This document shows positions 15,773-24,800 of a stretch of DNA of 64,000 bases, piece by piece; the first letter of the stretch is position 1; every line of letters begins with the position of its first letter. Both the position numbers and the translations under genes were made by a program. The stretch covers positions 9,088 through 73,087 of the forward strand of contig JBHHWB010000005.1 in assembly GCA_046756305.1 (NCBI GenBank). The letters run 5' to 3'. The notes under the pieces were generated by a model. The model saw only the letters and a list, made by a program, of their open reading frames with translations. It had not been told where the DNA came from and searched no databases. This DNA comes from Gemmatimonadota bacterium (GTDB lineage: Bacteria > Gemmatimonadota > Gemmatimonadetes > Longimicrobiales > Gaopeijiaceae).

Positions 15773-17119
15773 ATGATGACAACAAAGCAGATGAATCGCC
15801 GTCTTTCGGCGCTGGTGCTGGCCGCCACGGTGGGCATGGGCGCGTGTGGAGGCGATCTCTTCGACGTGAAAAACCCCGGGAAGATTTTGGACGAAGACCT
15901 GAACACCGCCGAGGGCGTAAAGGCTCTGGTGACGGGCATGTCCGCCGACTTTTCCGTGGGGTACGACGGTGTGAGCTTTCTCGGAGCGCGTCTCGGCGAC
16001 GAGATGGCCGGCTCCGGGAGTTACTTCACCACGGGTCGGTATCGCCGGGGTCTCATGGACTCGGAGGATGCCGACGGCTACTGGAACGATGTCCAGCGGG
16101 CCCGCTGGGTGGCCGAGGCCGGACTCCAGCGCATGGAGGCCATCGAGGGCTTCCAATTCCAGGGGAACAGGCAGACGGCCAAGGCCTTCCTCCACGCCGG
16201 GCTGGCGAACCGCTGGTTCGGTGAGAACTTCTGTGAGGTACTCTTCAGCGCGCCCTTCGAGTCGGATGACGGGACCGCGCAGCCCAAGAGTGCCGCGTTC
16301 CAGAGGGCCGTTCCCGAGCTGGAAAACGCCATCTCCCACGGGACTTCCGCCGGCGCGACGGACATCGTGACGGCGGCGCACGGGGCTCTGGCTTCCGTGC
16401 TGGCCTGGCTGGGCGACTGGAGCGGGGCCATGACCCACGCCGCCCAGGTGCCCACCGACTTCGAGTGGGACGCCGTGTATTCGGCCAACTCGGGGCGAGA
16501 GAACAACCAGATCTGGAATGAGACGCACGGACGGTTCGAGATCAGCGCCTACGGCGCCCTTGCGGGATCGTTCCCGGAGCCGGGTGATCCCCGTGCTCCG
16601 TACACGGATTGCTCGAACCCGGCCAACAACTGCGCCGGCGCCAACGGCGCCGACGGGCAGACGCCCCATTACCGGCAGGAGAAGTATCCCGAGCGGGGTT
16701 CCGACATTCCGCTGGTGAAGGGAACCGAGATGCGCCTCCTCGAGGCCGAAAACGCGCTTCTCCAGAATGATCTGGCCACCTTTACGGCCAAGATCAACGA
16801 GGTGCGGACCTACCACGGCCTGGCGCCTCTGACCGGCATCACCATGACGCCGGGCGCGTCCATTTCGGGCGACCCGGGTGGCGCAGGGCCGAACCGGACC
16901 TCCATGGAGGCCTGGGACGTTCTGGACCGTGAACGGCATCTGACGAACTGGCTCGAGGGCCGGCGTCTGTGGGACCTGCACCGGTGGGACCACCCCTTCC
17001 TGAACGGCGGCGGGATCGTGTATCAGGCCACGGTGGACCGCCGTGCGTCGTGCATCCCCATCGCCGACCAGGAGTGCCAGACCAACCCCAACGTGGCGAC
17101 CAAGTGCTTCACCTCGTGA
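15773..17119 (+). CDS. SusD/RagB-family outer-membrane lipoprotein
   Basis: 448 aa, starting 16 nt after susC. Lipobox VGMGAC. RagB/SusD-like helical N-terminus: DLFDVKNPGKILDEDLNTAEGVKALVTGM. Also NRWFGENFCE, EMRLLEAENAL, ERHLTNWLEGRRLWDLHRW. Confidence 0.88.
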   Translation: MMTTKQMNRRLSALVLAATVGMGACGGDLFDVKNPGKILDEDLNTAEGVKALVTGMSADFSVGYDGVSFLGARLGDEMAGSGSYFTTGRYRRGLMDSEDADGYWNDVQRARWVAEAGLQRMEAIEGFQFQGNRQTAKAFLHAGLANRWFGENFCEVLFSAPFESDDGTAQPKSAAFQRAVPELENAISHGTSAGATDIVTAAHGALASVLAWLGDWSGAMTHAAQVPTDFEWDAVYSANSGRENNQIWNETHGRFEISAYGALAGSFPEPGDPRAPYTDCSNPANNCAGANGADGQTPHYRQEKYPERGSDIPLVKGTEMRLLEAENALLQNDLATFTAKINEVRTYHGLAPLTGITMTPGASISGDPGGAGPNRTSMEAWDVLDRERHLTNWLEGRRLWDLHRWDHPFLNGGGIVYQATVDRRASCIPIADQECQTNPNVATKCFTS

Positions 17120-17154
17120 GGACTTGAGCTGCCGCGCAGGCGGTTGCATGAGAC

Positions 17155-17188
17155 GGCCCCTCCGGCTTCGGTCGGAGGGGCCGTTTTT
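17155..17188 (+). terminator. Rho-independent terminator after susD
   Basis: 10-bp perfect stem ggcccctccg/cggaggggcc, extendable by G-U and C-G pairs to a UUCG tetraloop. It is followed by g-ttttt (17184-17188), 36 nt after the stop. Confidence 0.85.
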
Positions 17189-17267
17189 CATCTCCCCCAC
17201 TGGCATGGGCCGGGTCGGGATGTATCTTGCCTCCTGTGAGGGCGGGTAGGGGGTCGGCGACAGGGAG

Positions 17268-18362
17268 ATGGAACGGAAAATCTTTGGTGGGCTCCGACGG
17301 TTGCTGGCGTTAGGGGCGAGCCTGCTGGCGGCGTGCGGGGGAGGCGACGCCGTGGGCCCCGACACGGGGGCGGCGACCCTCGTCGCGGAAGTCACCAACC
17401 TGGCCACTTTGAAGCCGGCCACGGAGGGGAGCTATCAGGCCTGGGTGGTGACCCGGGACGGTGACGTGCGCTCCCTGGGCCGGTTCGTATCGGCGGGGAA
17501 GGGAAGCCAGACCCTGGCCTTCACCACGCCCGTGTCCAACCCGGCCGAGTTCTACATCACCGTGGAACCGCCGGGAGACGACAACGACACGCCCTATGAC
17601 GCGCAGATCCTGGGCGGGTTCTTCAAGGGATCCTCGGCGGAGCTCAGCTACATCAGCCGCCTGACTCCGGGCGTGCCCCTCATCGAGGAACCGGGGACCC
17701 ACGTCCTCTTCACGCCCAGCGACAACGCGGCCCTGGGTTATCCCTCCAACGAAGACGCAGGGATCTGGCTCTTCGAGTTCGGCAAAGATCCGGAGGAGGA
17801 GGGCGGGTTCTGGCTCGACTTTGCCTCCCCCGACCGGGGCTGGACCTACGAGGGATGGATGGTGCTCGACTACGGCACCCCGGGGGCCGTCTGGTTCTCC
17901 TACGGGAAATTCGAGGCCGATGAGGACCAGAAGGCTTCCTCCAGGGACGACACGGGCCTGGGGCCCTTCTCGGGGCAATTGGAGTACCGTGACGCCATGC
18001 CCGAAGAGATCGTCATGCCGGGGGACGACTGGGTCGCCAATCCTCTGGGCGTACCCCTTCCCGGCGGGCTGCCCGACTCCATCCTCCCGCTGGATCTGAA
18101 CGGGTGCGCCGACGTGGTGAATGCCGCGGGGGAGATCCTCCGCAAGTGCCGCGAATTCTGGCGGGGTCCGAGCCGGTTCACCCACGTCATCACCATGGAA
18201 CCCCTCTTCGACAAGGGCGAGGACCCCTGGGCGGCCCAGCCCTTCTTCCTTGAGCTCTACAAGAATCCGGTGGGCGAAGGTTCTCCCGCCACCAAGCGCA
18301 AGCTCATCTTCCAGCCCCAGAACCTCCCTGCGGGGACCGCGCGGGTGGAGAGCGGTGCCTAA
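17268..18362 (+). CDS. Lipoprotein of unknown family, paralog 1 (two RskA-C-terminal-like repeats)
   Basis: Lipobox LGASLLAAC-GGG. Blocks YQAWVV...ITVEPPGDD and GWTYEGWMV...SYGKF...DDTGLGPFSG...PGDDWVANPLG...PLDLNG...THVITMEP...EDPW are shared with the next ORF. Confidence 0.75.
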   Translation: MERKIFGGLRRLLALGASLLAACGGGDAVGPDTGAATLVAEVTNLATLKPATEGSYQAWVVTRDGDVRSLGRFVSAGKGSQTLAFTTPVSNPAEFYITVEPPGDDNDTPYDAQILGGFFKGSSAELSYISRLTPGVPLIEEPGTHVLFTPSDNAALGYPSNEDAGIWLFEFGKDPEEEGGFWLDFASPDRGWTYEGWMVLDYGTPGAVWFSYGKFEADEDQKASSRDDTGLGPFSGQLEYRDAMPEEIVMPGDDWVANPLGVPLPGGLPDSILPLDLNGCADVVNAAGEILRKCREFWRGPSRFTHVITMEPLFDKGEDPWAAQPFFLELYKNPVGEGSPATKRKLIFQPQNLPAGTARVESGA

Positions 18363-18435
18363 GCGGCGCATCGCGGCACGCGGGCCGCGTGTGGCCGGAG
18401 GCGGGCAGGCGCCGCCAGGACGCGGCGCCGTCACT

Positions 18436-19437
18436 TTGAGGCTCTTCCCCATCGTAGCATCCCTTCTGATCCTCACGGGGTGCGGCGGAGACGATACGGC
18501 GCCCACGGGGCCGGTTCAGAAGGTGACGGTACGTCTCACCCTGGAGGGTGTGCCGGCGTGGGATACGGTGATCCACGGACCCTTCCAGGCCTGGTTCGTG
18601 GATGAAGCGGGCGTCCTGTATGCCGGCGACCGCTTCGCCCTGCCCGACGCGGGGGCGGTGGAGGTGACGAGCCCCATCCCGGATCCGGCCGAGGTCATGC
18701 TCTCGCTGGAGCCTCCCGGGGATCCCGAGATCGCGCCTACCCAGCTCAAGTTTCTGGGGGGTCGTTTCGTGGACGGCGCCGCCGAGATGTCGGTGCGCGG
18801 ATACCTGACGCCCAACCTTCCCCTGGAAGAAGCACCCGGCGTGCACGTCCTGGGCACCTTCGCCGCCTACGGAACGCCGGACCTGCCCCAGAACCAGGAC
18901 GCCGGGCTCTGGTTCATGAATCCGACCGAAGACACGCTGAGCGGGGATTACTACCAGGACCTGACGCCCCTCACCCAAGGGTGGGTGTACGAGGGATGGA
19001 TCGTGCGGGACATGGGTTCCCCCCACGAGGTGTGGATGTCGTACGGCAAATTTCGCCCCGACGGCTTCCGCCAGGTGCGCTTCCGGGACGACACCGGGTT
19101 GGGACCCTTTTCGGGTAAGGAAGATTGGGAGCGGGCTCTTCCGTTCGAAGCTCGGGTCCCCGGCGACGACTGGATCGCCAATCCCCTGGGATATCCCCTT
19201 CCGGCGGGCATCCAACTGCCCCTGGACCTGAACGGCTCGCCGGGCGTCCCGAGCCGCTGGACGCACGTCATCACCATCGAGCCCTATGAGGATCGGGACG
19301 AGGATCCCTGGGACGCCGCGCCCATGTTCATTCGCCCGTACCGGAACGCCATCGGCGAGGGGCCGCCCGACTCGCTGCGCACCGTCCTCTTCACGCCGGA
19401 AGAGCTTCCCCGCGGCACGGCGACCGTCCTGCGCTGA
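18436..19437 (+). CDS. Lipoprotein of unknown family, paralog 2
   Basis: Track ORF 18121..19437 overlaps paralog 1, so I trimmed it to the in-frame TTG at 18436. This gives MRLFPIVASLLILTGC-GGD, a clean lipoprotein signal. It is colinear with paralog 1: FQAWFV...LSLEPPGDP, GWVYEGWIV, SYGKF, DDTGLGPFSG, PGDDWIANPLG, PLDLNG, THVITIEP, EDPW. Confidence 0.7.
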   Translation: MRLFPIVASLLILTGCGGDDTAPTGPVQKVTVRLTLEGVPAWDTVIHGPFQAWFVDEAGVLYAGDRFALPDAGAVEVTSPIPDPAEVMLSLEPPGDPEIAPTQLKFLGGRFVDGAAEMSVRGYLTPNLPLEEAPGVHVLGTFAAYGTPDLPQNQDAGLWFMNPTEDTLSGDYYQDLTPLTQGWVYEGWIVRDMGSPHEVWMSYGKFRPDGFRQVRFRDDTGLGPFSGKEDWERALPFEARVPGDDWIANPLGYPLPAGIQLPLDLNGSPGVPSRWTHVITIEPYEDRDEDPWDAAPMFIRPYRNAIGEGPPDSLRTVLFTPEELPRGTATVLR

Positions 19438-19592
19438 GGCGCGCGGGAGGCACGTGGGAGAGGGGGAAAGGAAGCGAAACGGCGCACGGGATGCGCGGGA
19501 GATGGGGCGCGCAGAGGAGGGCGTGGGATGCGGCGCAGAGGGGCGCGCAGGGTCCGGCGCGGAATGGGTCTCGGAGTAGGCTGCGGTGGGCG

Positions 19593-20798
19593 TCAGCGCG
19601 GCACGGTAAGGCCGCTGGGCACGCGCTCGGGAACCTCCACCTCCGGAGGATCCGAGAGCGCCTTGAGGAAGGCGATGATGTCCTGCATCTCGCTCCCGGT
19701 GAGCCCCAGGGGTTCCAGTTCAATGCGGTCACGGGGGACGAAGGGGTGGTCCCCGCCTCCCCGGTCCTTGAAGGCCAGGACATCCTCGAGGGTGGCGTAG
19801 CCGCCGGAGTGCATGTAGGGAGCGGTCTCGGCCACGTTGCGGAGCGACGGCGTACGGAACTTGTAGCGGTCCTGATCGAGACGGGTCACGTTCCAGCGGC
19901 CCAGGTCCTCGTGGGGAGTCCCCTGGAACCCCGGACCCAACTGCTTGGCACCCACCACATGGAACTTGAAGTCGGAGAACATGGGGCCCGAATGACACGC
20001 GGCGCAGTCGGCCTTCTCATGAAAGAGGACGAGGCCCCGCTTTTCCGCGTCGGTCAGCGCCGATTCGTCTCCCGCCACGAACCGGTCGTAGCGGCTATCG
20101 GTGCTGGTGATGGAGCGCACGAACTGGGCCAGTGCCCGGGCCCAGGAAAGGGAATCGACGGCGGATTCCCGCTCGCCTCGATCCACGGCCGCAGCGTTCC
20201 CGGGAAACGCTTTGCGAAACAGTTCCTCATACTCGGGGATGGCGCGAAAGCGGGCCAGAACCGTATCCGTGGTTTCCTCGGGAGAGTAGCCCTCTCCCCG
20301 CATCTCGCTGAACTCGGTCTGGGGAAGGGTGACCAGATTTTCGAGGCGGCGTTTGCGCCCGTCCCAGAACATGAAGCCGTCGGCGGTCCACTCTGCGCCG
20401 AAGCGGTTGAAGCCCACGTTGATGACGGTGGGGCTGTGCCGCCCCTCGGGCACCATGTCCGGGTCGGTGAGGACGCGTTCCGGGCCCAGGCCTACGCCGG
20501 AAGGTCCTACCGGCAGGTCCCGGCCGTCGGCGAAGCCGAAGCGGGGTAGATGGCAGGTGGAGCAGGCCACGTCCTTACCTGCGCTCTGAATTGGATCGAA
20601 GAAGATGAGGCGTCCCAACTCGATGCGGTCCGGGTTGGGGGGATTGTCCCGGGGGAACACCATTTCGGGGAGGAGCTGCAGATCGTAGCGCTCGACGAGC
20701 TCCGAACGGGACGGCGGCGCCGTGGGGCTGTCGGCGCACCCGGAAACCCCGAAGATTCCTGCGGCCAGGACGGCCGCAAGGCCGGAGCGGAAGATCAT
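19593..20798 (-). CDS. Di-heme cytochrome c peroxidase (CCP/MauG family), probable lipoprotein
   Basis: Two CxxCH motifs (CSTCHLPRFGFADG and CAACHSGPMFSD) plus TPSLRNVAETAPYMHSG. Start set to MIFRSGLAAVLAAGIFGVSGC (ATG at 20798). The track start at 20867 is also possible. Confidence 0.88.
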   Translation of the reverse strand: MIFRSGLAAVLAAGIFGVSGCADSPTAPPSRSELVERYDLQLLPEMVFPRDNPPNPDRIELGRLIFFDPIQSAGKDVACSTCHLPRFGFADGRDLPVGPSGVGLGPERVLTDPDMVPEGRHSPTVINVGFNRFGAEWTADGFMFWDGRKRRLENLVTLPQTEFSEMRGEGYSPEETTDTVLARFRAIPEYEELFRKAFPGNAAAVDRGERESAVDSLSWARALAQFVRSITSTDSRYDRFVAGDESALTDAEKRGLVLFHEKADCAACHSGPMFSDFKFHVVGAKQLGPGFQGTPHEDLGRWNVTRLDQDRYKFRTPSLRNVAETAPYMHSGGYATLEDVLAFKDRGGGDHPFVPRDRIELEPLGLTGSEMQDIIAFLKALSDPPEVEVPERVPSGLTVPR

Positions 20799-20954
20799 GA
20801 CCGGTGACGGTGCGAGGGGAGCATCCATGTCGCCGCTCAATATAGGGGTCGGCGCCGTAGGGGGCATCCTTCGCGGGGGTCATCTTCCGCCGGCGTGGGC
20901 GTACAGATTCGGGGAGAAGCCCTTGCGCAGGATCCTGGGGCGAGGCTATGGAGT

Positions 20955-21815
20955 ATGAAGAATCAGGAGAGATCGGTGAAGAAGCGCGCAGGACGGACAG
21001 GGTTCATCGCGGGATTGGCTCTGATGCTGGGGCTGATCGCCGCACCGTCACGCGCTTTCGCTCAGATCAAGGTGGAGGGTGAGGTCCTCGACGGGCTCAC
21101 CGGCCTGCCCGTGCGGGGTGTCATCGTCCAGTTCCCCGACCTTTCCCTCGCCACCCTCACCGACTCGCTGGGATACTTCGAGTTCGATGCGGTTCCCCGC
21201 GGCACCCAGATTCTGAGCACGTACCACTTCGGCTACGACAACCTGGAGGCCGAAACTCCCATCGTCTCCGGAGATATCCTGGTGCTCAAGCTGACGCCCC
21301 ATCCCATCCCCGTGCGCGGGGTGGATGTGGGTGTGCGACCCCGGGAGGAGGTGGAGACCCGCACCCAGGGCCGCATGACCGATTTCATCGGTCCCGAAGC
21401 GGTGGAGGAGGCGGCGCAGCGCACCAACAAGCTTCTGGAGGTCATGCGCTCCAAGGCGCCGCCCCGCCTACGCATCCATCAGGAGGGCGGCATCGGGGGG
21501 ATGAAGTTCTGCATCATGTCCACCCGCATCCGCCCCTCCATCCAGGAGCTGCGGGATCTGGGGCTGGGATGCAAGCCCGTGATGCTCATCCTGGACGGCG
21601 TGGTGGTGTACGCTCCGCCCTCCAGCGCTGCAGAGGCGGCTGCGCTGGCGCCTACTCTGCCCGAAGACGTGGCGTGGATGATCCTCAACCACGATCCCAA
21701 TGAGATCGAGAGCATCCGCATCCTCACCGGAAGCGACGCCTTCTTCCGTTACGGGCAGGACGGCCGCCTGGGGGCGGTGGAGATCGTCACCAAGCGGCCG
21801 TTCAAGAACCGGTAG
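20955..21815 (+). CDS. Secreted CarboxypepD_reg domain plus TonB-receptor plug-like domain protein without a beta-barrel
   Basis: Trimmed to MKNQERS (ATG at 20955). Signal peptide ends at AFAQ. CarboxypepD_reg: GEVLDGLTGLPVRGVIVQFPDLSLATLTDSLGYFEF. Plug-like end: ILDGVVVY...IESIRILTGSDAFFRYGQDGRLGAVEIVTKRP. Only 286 aa, so no barrel is possible. Confidence 0.7.
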   Translation: MKNQERSVKKRAGRTGFIAGLALMLGLIAAPSRAFAQIKVEGEVLDGLTGLPVRGVIVQFPDLSLATLTDSLGYFEFDAVPRGTQILSTYHFGYDNLEAETPIVSGDILVLKLTPHPIPVRGVDVGVRPREEVETRTQGRMTDFIGPEAVEEAAQRTNKLLEVMRSKAPPRLRIHQEGGIGGMKFCIMSTRIRPSIQELRDLGLGCKPVMLILDGVVVYAPPSSAAEAAALAPTLPEDVAWMILNHDPNEIESIRILTGSDAFFRYGQDGRLGAVEIVTKRPFKNR

Positions 21816-21823
21816 CGTTCCCG

Positions 21824-24800
21824 CTACCTCCTTGCTTCCAACGCCTCCACCACCGCCCTGACCTCCGCGATGCGCTCCCGCATGGTCTCAGTAGGCGGAA
21901 GGAGGGTGCCGCCGCGCACTCCGCCGCCGTTCATGGCGGAGTAGACGCGTGACACCGACCGGGCCGCAGCGCGGATTCGGGCCTCGGGGGTATCTGCGGC
22001 GTCGTCTCCACCTCGGAACCCGAAGCGGCGAAGCTCCACACCCCGCTCGCGGGCCAGGCCCCGGATCCGCTCCTGGAGGTCCAGAACCTCCAGGAGGAAG
22101 CGCTCCCGGCTCTGGTACTGGGCCAGGGTGACGGGCATGTCGGGATCACCCCGGACCTCTACCTCCTGGCGGGAGGAACCGTCGGGGGTTTCCACCGTGA
22201 GCACGTACCGACCCGGGGAGACGAAGGGGCCCCGCTGGGCGATGGGCCGGGGAAGCTCGGGGTGGTCCCACCGCTCCCAGACGTCGTCGCGGCCCGGGAG
22301 AGGATGTCTCAGATCCCAGTTGATGCGGTGGGTTCCCGCACCCGCCGGCACCTCCATGGTGCGGATCACCTCTCCGTCCGCCCGGGCGATGCGCAGCATG
22401 GCCCCGTCGGCGTCGTTCATCAGGCGATAGGTGACCAGCGCGCCGTCGGGCGGATTTTCTCCGTAATACTCGGCCTGGCCCCGGTAGGAGGTGTCCTTCC
22501 GGTAGATCTTGATGGTGGCCGGCGCCACGGTGAAGAGGTGGACCGGCGCGGTGGCTTCGGCCCACTCGGCCAGGGGACGGGTGTCGTCCAGGATCCAGAT
22601 GCCCCGGCCGTGGGTTCCCAGCACAAGATCCTTCTCCCGGGGATGGATGAGGGCGTCATCGTAATGGGTGGTGGGGAGGTTGGGCATCTTCGCCCACGAC
22701 GTGCCTGCGTCGGTGGAGACGAACATGGCGTGCTCCGTCCCCAGGAAGAGGACGTCGGCGTTGTCGGGATGCTCCACGATGACGTTCACCACGCCCATCT
22801 CCGGCAGCCCGCGGTTCAGGGGCGTCCAGTGGATGCCGAAATCGTCGGTGCGGAAGACATAGGGGCGGAAGTCGCCGTCCCGGTGCCCGTCGAAGGTGGC
22901 GTAGGCCACCCCTTCGCCTCGCGCCGAGGCGGTGATGCGGCTCACGTAGGTGCCGTCGGGGAGGCCGGGCACGTTGCCTGAGACCTCCGTCCACGTGGCG
23001 CCGCCGTCGCGGCTGACCTGCAGATTGCCGTCATCAAATCCCACCCACAGGATGTCGGGATCCAGAGGGGACTCGTCCAGAGTGGTGGCCTCACCGAAAG
23101 AGGAGGTGCCGTCATTCTTCGAGATGGCGATCTCTGCCCCGGGCACCCCCATGAGATCCAGGGTGTCGCGGTCGATGCGGCGGCTCAGATCCCCGGTGCG
23201 CGTCCAGCTCTCTCCCCGGTCCCGTGAGACGAAGAGGCGGTTTCCCGCCACGTACACCACGTCGGGGTCATGCTGGGAGAGCATCAGGGGCGAGGTCCAA
23301 TCGAAGCGGTAGGGCTCCCCGCCCAGGGGCGGCGCGGGGGAGATGTCCAGCATGTCGCCGGTGCGGGTGTCGTAGCGGAAGTAGTTGCCCCCATTGGAGC
23401 TGCCGTAGGCGTAGCGGGCGTCCCGGGGGTCCACCTGCCAGTACATGCCGTCGCCGAATCCGTCCTGCATCCAGTCATCGTTGATGATCCCGATCCAGCG
23501 CCGTGTCTCGGACGGACCCATGAAGGAGTGGTTGTCCTGCAGGCCCCCGTAGACCCAGTACGGATCACGCCTGTCCACGCCGATGGCGTAGAACTGGGCA
23601 ATGGGGAAGTTGTTCACCTTGCGGAAATTCTGACCCCGGTCGTAGCTCTCCCACAGGCCGGCGTCGCCCCCCAGGTAGAGATGATCCGAGTCGTTGGGAT
23701 CGATCCAGAGGGCGTGATGGTCGGCGTGTACCCCCACGTCGTAGGTGGGCGCCCGGGCGATCTGCGTGAAGGTCCGTCCCCCGTCTTGGCTCACGTAGGA
23801 GCGGGTGGCCAGGACGTACACCACATTCTCGTCGTTGGGGTCTATGAAGATCTCCGAGTAGTACATGGGCCGGATGTTCAGGCTGTTCACCCGTTCCCAC
23901 GTCTCCCCCCCGTCCTCGGAGCGGTACGTGCCGGTCGTAGCCGTGTCCGCCGTTTCGACCACGGCGTTGAGGACCCGGGGGTTGGAGCGGGAGATGGCCA
24001 GCCCGATGCGCCCCTTCTCCCCTTCCGGGAGGCCACGAGTCAGCTCCACCCAGGTATCGCCCCCGTCGGTGGTGCGATAGATGCCGCTCCCCGGTCCTCC
24101 GCCGTTGAAGCCCCACGCCCGGCGCTGGCGCTGGTACGTGGCGGCGTAGAGAACCCGGGGATCCCTGGGATTCATGACCAGGTCCACGGCGCCGGTGTAT
24201 TCGTTGACGAAGAGGACTCGCTGCCAGGTGGCGCCGCCGTCGGTGGAGCGGTAGACGCCCCGCTCCGCCGTGGGCTTCCACAGGTTGCCCAGCGCCGCCA
24301 CGAAGACCACATCGGGATCCTCGGGGCTGATCTCTACCTTTCCGATGTGGCGGGTGTCGGCCAGCCCCAGATGGCGCCAGGTAACGCCGCCGTCGTCGGA
24401 GCGGTACACGCCGTTTCCGTAAGACGTGCTCTGGCGGTTGTTCTGCTCACCCGTGCCGGCGTAGACGATCTCCGGGTTCGAAGACGCCAGCGCCACGTCG
24501 CCGAAGGTGCTCACCGCCATGGTATCGAACACGTGGGTCCACGTCTGGCCCCGGTTGATGCTCTTCCAGAGGCCGCCGGAAGCCGAGGCCACATAGAGGA
24601 CGGAGGGATCGCTGGGCACGGCTTCGACGTCGTGGACCCGCCCGCCGGTCACCGCCGGTCCGATGGAACGGGGACGGAGGTCGCTGAGGTCCGCGGCGGT
24701 GATGGGCGTCTGCGCTCCCCCCGGGACGGCGAATATGAGGGCGGCCGCGGCGGAAAGTGCACCGGCGAGGAAGAGGACGTGCGCCGCGGCGAGAGGTGCA

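Noticed and set aside
12685-15939. 1084-aa minus-strand ORF, one of the longest in the track
   Set aside because: It lies exactly antisense to the SusC gene. It is Arg/Gly/Val/His-rich and low in complexity, with no motifs. This is the classic shadow ORF of a high-GC gene, whereas the plus-strand frame has unmistakable TonB-dependent transporter motifs.
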